NCBI GenBank assembly: GCA_964571895.1 | Contig: CAZNDW010000002.1 | Span: forward strand, 1 to 37,452 | Origin: an uncultured Planctomycetales bacterium | GTDB lineage: Bacteria; Omnitrophota; Gorgyraeia; Zapsychrales; JAHFFX01 | Length of the DNA stretch: 37,452 bases | Direction of reading: 5' to 3' | Shown: positions 34,090 to 37,452 of the stretch, in pieces | Layout: each line of letters begins with the position of its first letter | Position numbering within the stretch: the stretch's first letter is position 1 | Program-made: the position numbers and the translations under genes | Notes under the pieces: model-generated | What the model was told of the DNA's origin: nothing | Database searches by the model: none | What the model saw: only the letters and a program-made list of their open reading frames with translations

Positions 34090-36612
34090 TTAAGGGGAAG
34101 GCCGGGTGTTGACCGGCACGTTCCAGATATCCCGGGCGTATTCTCGGATCGTACGGTCGCTGGAAAATCGTCCGGATTTGGCAACGTTGATCATGCCCTT
34201 TTGGGTCCAGCCCGCCTGATCTTGATAAGCCTGATCAATCCTGCCTTGAACGGCCCGGTAGGCCTCAAAATCCGCGCAGATGAGGAAAGGATCATGGTCC
34301 ATCAGGGACTGATAAATGGGCTGAAAAACCCCTGGTTCCGAGGGCGAAAAGAAATCGCTCTTTAGCAGATGAAAAATCTCCTTGAGAAAGGAGGAGCGAT
34401 CAATGTACTCCTTAGGATGATAGCCTTTGTGCTTGAGGGCTTCCGCCTCCGGGGTCTTGAGTCCGAAAATAAAGATGTTCTCCTCCCCCACCGCCTCAGC
34501 GATTTCGATCGTAGCGCCGTCCCAGGTCCCAACGGTCAGCGCCCCACTCAGCATGAATTTCATGTTTCCCGTTCCGGAGGCCTCGGTCCCGGCCATCGAT
34601 ATCTGCTCGGACAGATCACTGGCCGGAAAGATCTTTTCGGCCAGCGAGACCCGGTAATTTTCCATAAAAATCACCTTCAGGAAATCTTTGACGGCCTTAT
34701 CGCGATTGATCACCTCCGCCACAGAGTTGATGAATTTAATGATCAGCTTGGCCATAAAATACCCGGGGGCGGCCTTCCCTCCCAGAATAAATGTGCGCGG
34801 CACCTTAAAATTTTCGGGTTTGTGTTTGAGCTCCCAATATTGGGAAATGATGTAAAAACAAAAAAGGAGCTGTCGTTTATATTCATGAATGCGTTTGATC
34901 TGAACATCAAAAAGGGAAGCAGGATTGACTGAAACGTGCATGGTCTTCTCGATGTAATGGGCGAGGCTTTTTTTGTTATGCATCTTGATTTCCTGCCAGC
35001 GCCTCTGGAAGTCGGCTTGAGGGATAAAATCCAAAAGCTTCGAAAGACAATCCAAATCCGTAATCCATTGTTCACCGATTGCCCCGGTAATCAGGTCCGA
35101 TAAATTCGGATTGGACTTTAAGAGCCAGCGGCGCTGGGTGATGCCATTGGTTTTACTGTTAAATTTGGAAGGATACAATTCATAGAAATCCTTGAACAAC
35201 CGCGTCTTTAAAAGATCGGAATGCAGCTCCGAGACCCCGTTGATGGAAAAGCTCCCCACAATGGCCAGATGGGCCATGCGGATCCTGCGGGGGGAACCTT
35301 CTTCAATGATCGACATGCGCTGCCATCGGCTGGGATCTCCCGGAAATCGGTTCTCCACCTCTTTTAAAAAACGGCTGTTGATCTCATCGATGATCTGCAG
35401 ATGCCGCGGCAGCAGCTTTTCGATTAAATTGACCGGCCAGGTCTCTAAGGCCTCGGGCATCAAGGTGTGGTTGGTATAGGCAAAGCTCTTGGTCACGATC
35501 TCCCAGGCGGTGTCCCATTGGAGGTCTTCCCGATCGATTAAGATGCGCATCAGCTCAACGATTGCCAAAGCGGGATGGGTGTCATTGAGCTGGATCACCG
35601 CCTTCTCGGGAAAGGTCTTAAAGTCGGTATTCTCCGATTTGAAGCGGCGGATGATATCGGAAATCGATGCCGCGGTAAAGAAATACTCCTGCTTGAGCCT
35701 CAATTCCCGTCCCTGGCTGACATCGTCATTGGGGTACAAGACCTTTGAGATATTTTCAGAAAACATCTTCTGGTAAACGGCTTTTTCATAATCACCGTCA
35801 TTAAAATATTCCAAGTCAAATTCCTCACTGCTTCGGGCGGACCAAAGCCTTAAGGTATTGACCACATTGTTCTTGTATCCGGGGATCGGAATATCATACG
35901 GCATGGCCAAAACATCTTGGGTATTGATCCATTCAAAACGCAGACGCCCGTACCGGTCTTGATAGGTTTGGGTATGGCCGAAAAAATGAACTTTGACCGA
36001 ATACTCCGGACGGGCAAATTCCCAGGGATTGCCCAGGCGCAGCCACTCATCCGGGGTTTCCACTTGATGGCCATTCTCGATTTTCTGATTGAAGATGCCA
36101 TAATCGTAACGGATGCCGTAGCCGTGCGCTGGGATCCCCAAGGTGGCCATCGAATCCAGAAAACAGGCCGCGAGCCTCCCCAGACCGCCGTTGCCGAGTC
36201 CCGCGTCCACCTCCTGATCCCGTAATTCCTCAAGATTAAATCCCATCCCCTCCATGGCTTCTTTGACTTCTTGGGCCAATCCCAGATTGAGGATATAATT
36301 TCCCAACAGCCGCCCGATGAGAAATTCCATGGAAAGATAATAAACCCTCTTTTTATTTTTTCGATGATATTCCTGCTGAGTGGTAATCCAGCGTTCCACA
36401 AGGCGATCGCGGATCGCAATGGCCAGCGCCGAAAAATTGTCGTGGGCGGTCGCCGTGTATTGATCTTTGGCCAGCGTGCACTGGCGATTGACCAGAAAAG
36501 ACAATTTGAGGCCCTTGGCCGTCATGTCTTTATAAATGGTGGACCATTGGATGTCGTTGGTTCTGATCGGCATCGTCAGCTCTTTGGGATTGCGAAGACC
36601 TTCTTTGACCAT
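34090..36612 (-). CDS. glgP: Alpha-glucan (glycogen/maltodextrin) phosphorylase, GT35
   Basis: 840 aa with LGNGGLGRLAACFLDS, the PLP-lysine motif EASGTGNMKFMLSGA, and the IHEYKRQ segment. Confidence 0.95.
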   Translation of the reverse strand: MVKEGLRNPKELTMPIRTNDIQWSTIYKDMTAKGLKLSFLVNRQCTLAKDQYTATAHDNFSALAIAIRDRLVERWITTQQEYHRKNKKRVYYLSMEFLIGRLLGNYILNLGLAQEVKEAMEGMGFNLEELRDQEVDAGLGNGGLGRLAACFLDSMATLGIPAHGYGIRYDYGIFNQKIENGHQVETPDEWLRLGNPWEFARPEYSVKVHFFGHTQTYQDRYGRLRFEWINTQDVLAMPYDIPIPGYKNNVVNTLRLWSARSSEEFDLEYFNDGDYEKAVYQKMFSENISKVLYPNDDVSQGRELRLKQEYFFTAASISDIIRRFKSENTDFKTFPEKAVIQLNDTHPALAIVELMRILIDREDLQWDTAWEIVTKSFAYTNHTLMPEALETWPVNLIEKLLPRHLQIIDEINSRFLKEVENRFPGDPSRWQRMSIIEEGSPRRIRMAHLAIVGSFSINGVSELHSDLLKTRLFKDFYELYPSKFNSKTNGITQRRWLLKSNPNLSDLITGAIGEQWITDLDCLSKLLDFIPQADFQRRWQEIKMHNKKSLAHYIEKTMHVSVNPASLFDVQIKRIHEYKRQLLFCFYIISQYWELKHKPENFKVPRTFILGGKAAPGYFMAKLIIKFINSVAEVINRDKAVKDFLKVIFMENYRVSLAEKIFPASDLSEQISMAGTEASGTGNMKFMLSGALTVGTWDGATIEIAEAVGEENIFIFGLKTPEAEALKHKGYHPKEYIDRSSFLKEIFHLLKSDFFSPSEPGVFQPIYQSLMDHDPFLICADFEAYRAVQGRIDQAYQDQAGWTQKGMINVAKSGRFSSDRTIREYARDIWNVPVNTRPSP

Positions 36613-36673
36613 AAAAAGCGCCTTTTATTTTACGCTACTTTATTAAGAATACAAGTCCTTTGCTTTCCTCCCC

Positions 36674-37452
36674 CTACATCTGAATTTGCTCAACGGTTGT
36701 TTTAGCTTTCCGCACACAGTCGTTCAAGGAAACCCCATCCATATAGTTTGAAACAAGATGAAAACCCTTGAGATTAACGAGCTCTTTGGAGATGGTGGCC
36801 CGTACTGGAAGGTCCTGGCTATTATATTGAGGAATGGCCTTCGGCCATAATTTTGTGAAAACAAAAACCGCCTCGTCTTTGATCCTCAAGCGGGCATGGA
36901 TCTCCTCTTTCGCCAAGGCGACCAGTTCTTCTTTCGTTTTGGCAAGGATCGAAGGGTAACGCGCCCCCCCCAGCATCACTCGAACCACAATGTGCGGGGG
37001 GGCGCTACGGCCAGGGAAAATTTGACTTTCAAAAAGGACTCCCAAAACCTCTTTCTTCTCTGAGGATGGGACAAGATATCCAAAGCCGTTGGGAATTCTC
37101 GCCAACGGGTCTTTGCGATAAACCAGCCCTATCACCGCCACCGGGGCATATTCAATTTTATTCAATAAGGACGAAAGGTTGGGGTTAAAACTCTGGACGA
37201 TCCGGCTTGCCGCGTAGGCCGGCGTGCATAGAAAAAGACAATCGGCCCGGTGATCTCCGTCTTGGGTATGGACAAAAAATTGATCCCCAGTAAAACGGAT
37301 GGCATGCACCTCTTGATTCAACCGGATAAGCTCTTGGTAACGGGCACAAAAAGCATCCATAAGCTGCGACATCCCTTTCTGAAAAGACATCAAACGCTCT
37401 TTGGAAAAGCCGCGAGGAGGACCACTCGCCTCGCGACTGGGTCGGGCAGGCC
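36674..37452 (-). CDS. hemY: FAD-dependent protoporphyrinogen/coproporphyrinogen oxidase (HemY type), C-terminal part only
   Basis: C-terminal HemY-like segments are present (Y.PV.VV.L.Y, GFG.LVP, LG.LF.S..FP.R.P, WP.AIPQY). The frame stays open upstream to the window edge, so the gene is truncated by the window. Confidence 0.7.
   Translation of the reverse strand, partial: PARPSREASGPPRGFSKERLMSFQKGMSQLMDAFCARYQELIRLNQEVHAIRFTGDQFFVHTQDGDHRADCLFLCTPAYAASRIVQSFNPNLSSLLNKIEYAPVAVIGLVYRKDPLARIPNGFGYLVPSSEKKEVLGVLFESQIFPGRSAPPHIVVRVMLGGARYPSILAKTKEELVALAKEEIHARLRIKDEAVFVFTKLWPKAIPQYNSQDLPVRATISKELVNLKGFHLVSNYMDGVSLNDCVRKAKTTVEQIQM

Noticed and set aside
34086-34184. Longer nadC start overlapping the last 95 nt of glgP.
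   Set aside because: The extension (MPNPDDFPATVRSENTPG...) has no counterpart in NadC proteins and lies inside the conserved C-terminus of glgP. The ATG at 34085 gives a normal-length NadC.
1-37452. Mobile element, prophage, defence island or toxin-antitoxin content.
   Set aside because: No transposase, integrase, recombinase, reverse transcriptase, nuclease-helicase pair, phage structural gene or small two-gene cassette was recognised. Gene content is core metabolism and translation, with uniform orientation and no compositional break visible by eye.

Overview
Compact, gene-dense stretch of a bacterial chromosome (standard genetic code; conserved genes have no internal stops). I call 33 protein genes, 32 of them on the minus strand; only rpmB is on the plus strand. 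Neighbouring genes often overlap by 1-47 nt. Most content is housekeeping: pepF, recJ, argS, rsfS, rpmB, trpBA, folA-thyA, apbE, moaC, arfB, a csp gene, nadC, hldD, and a partial HemY-type protoporphyrinogen oxidase at the right edge. hldD and several lipoprotein signal peptides suggest a Gram-negative-type envelope. I saw no rRNA, tRNA, CRISPR array, transposase, integrase, phage gene or recognisable defence or toxin-antitoxin gene, so this does not look like an accessory island. The points most worth a second look are listed here. (1) A large alpha-glucan block (malQ, two GH57 enzymes, a DUF4912 protein with a repetitive poly-basic tail, GH13 glgB, an orphan REC-EAL regulator directly upstream, and glgP 7 kb further on). 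(2) A 213-nt highly structured non-coding element closed by a perfect 13-bp stem and followed by an intrinsic terminator, just upstream of the M20-DUF3108-trpBA-M16 gene string. (3) A small family of long palindromes capped by C-runs and G-runs with a GCTTCG/CGAAGC core, in intergenic regions. (4) An LsrF-like aldolase/thiolase coupled to a Zn-dependent dehydrogenase, a membrane-anchored coiled-coil protein and hldD. (5) An rsfS gene with no canonical start codon. (6) A 56-aa basic ORF missing from the supplied ORF track. All functional calls come from motif recognition by eye. No database search was run.
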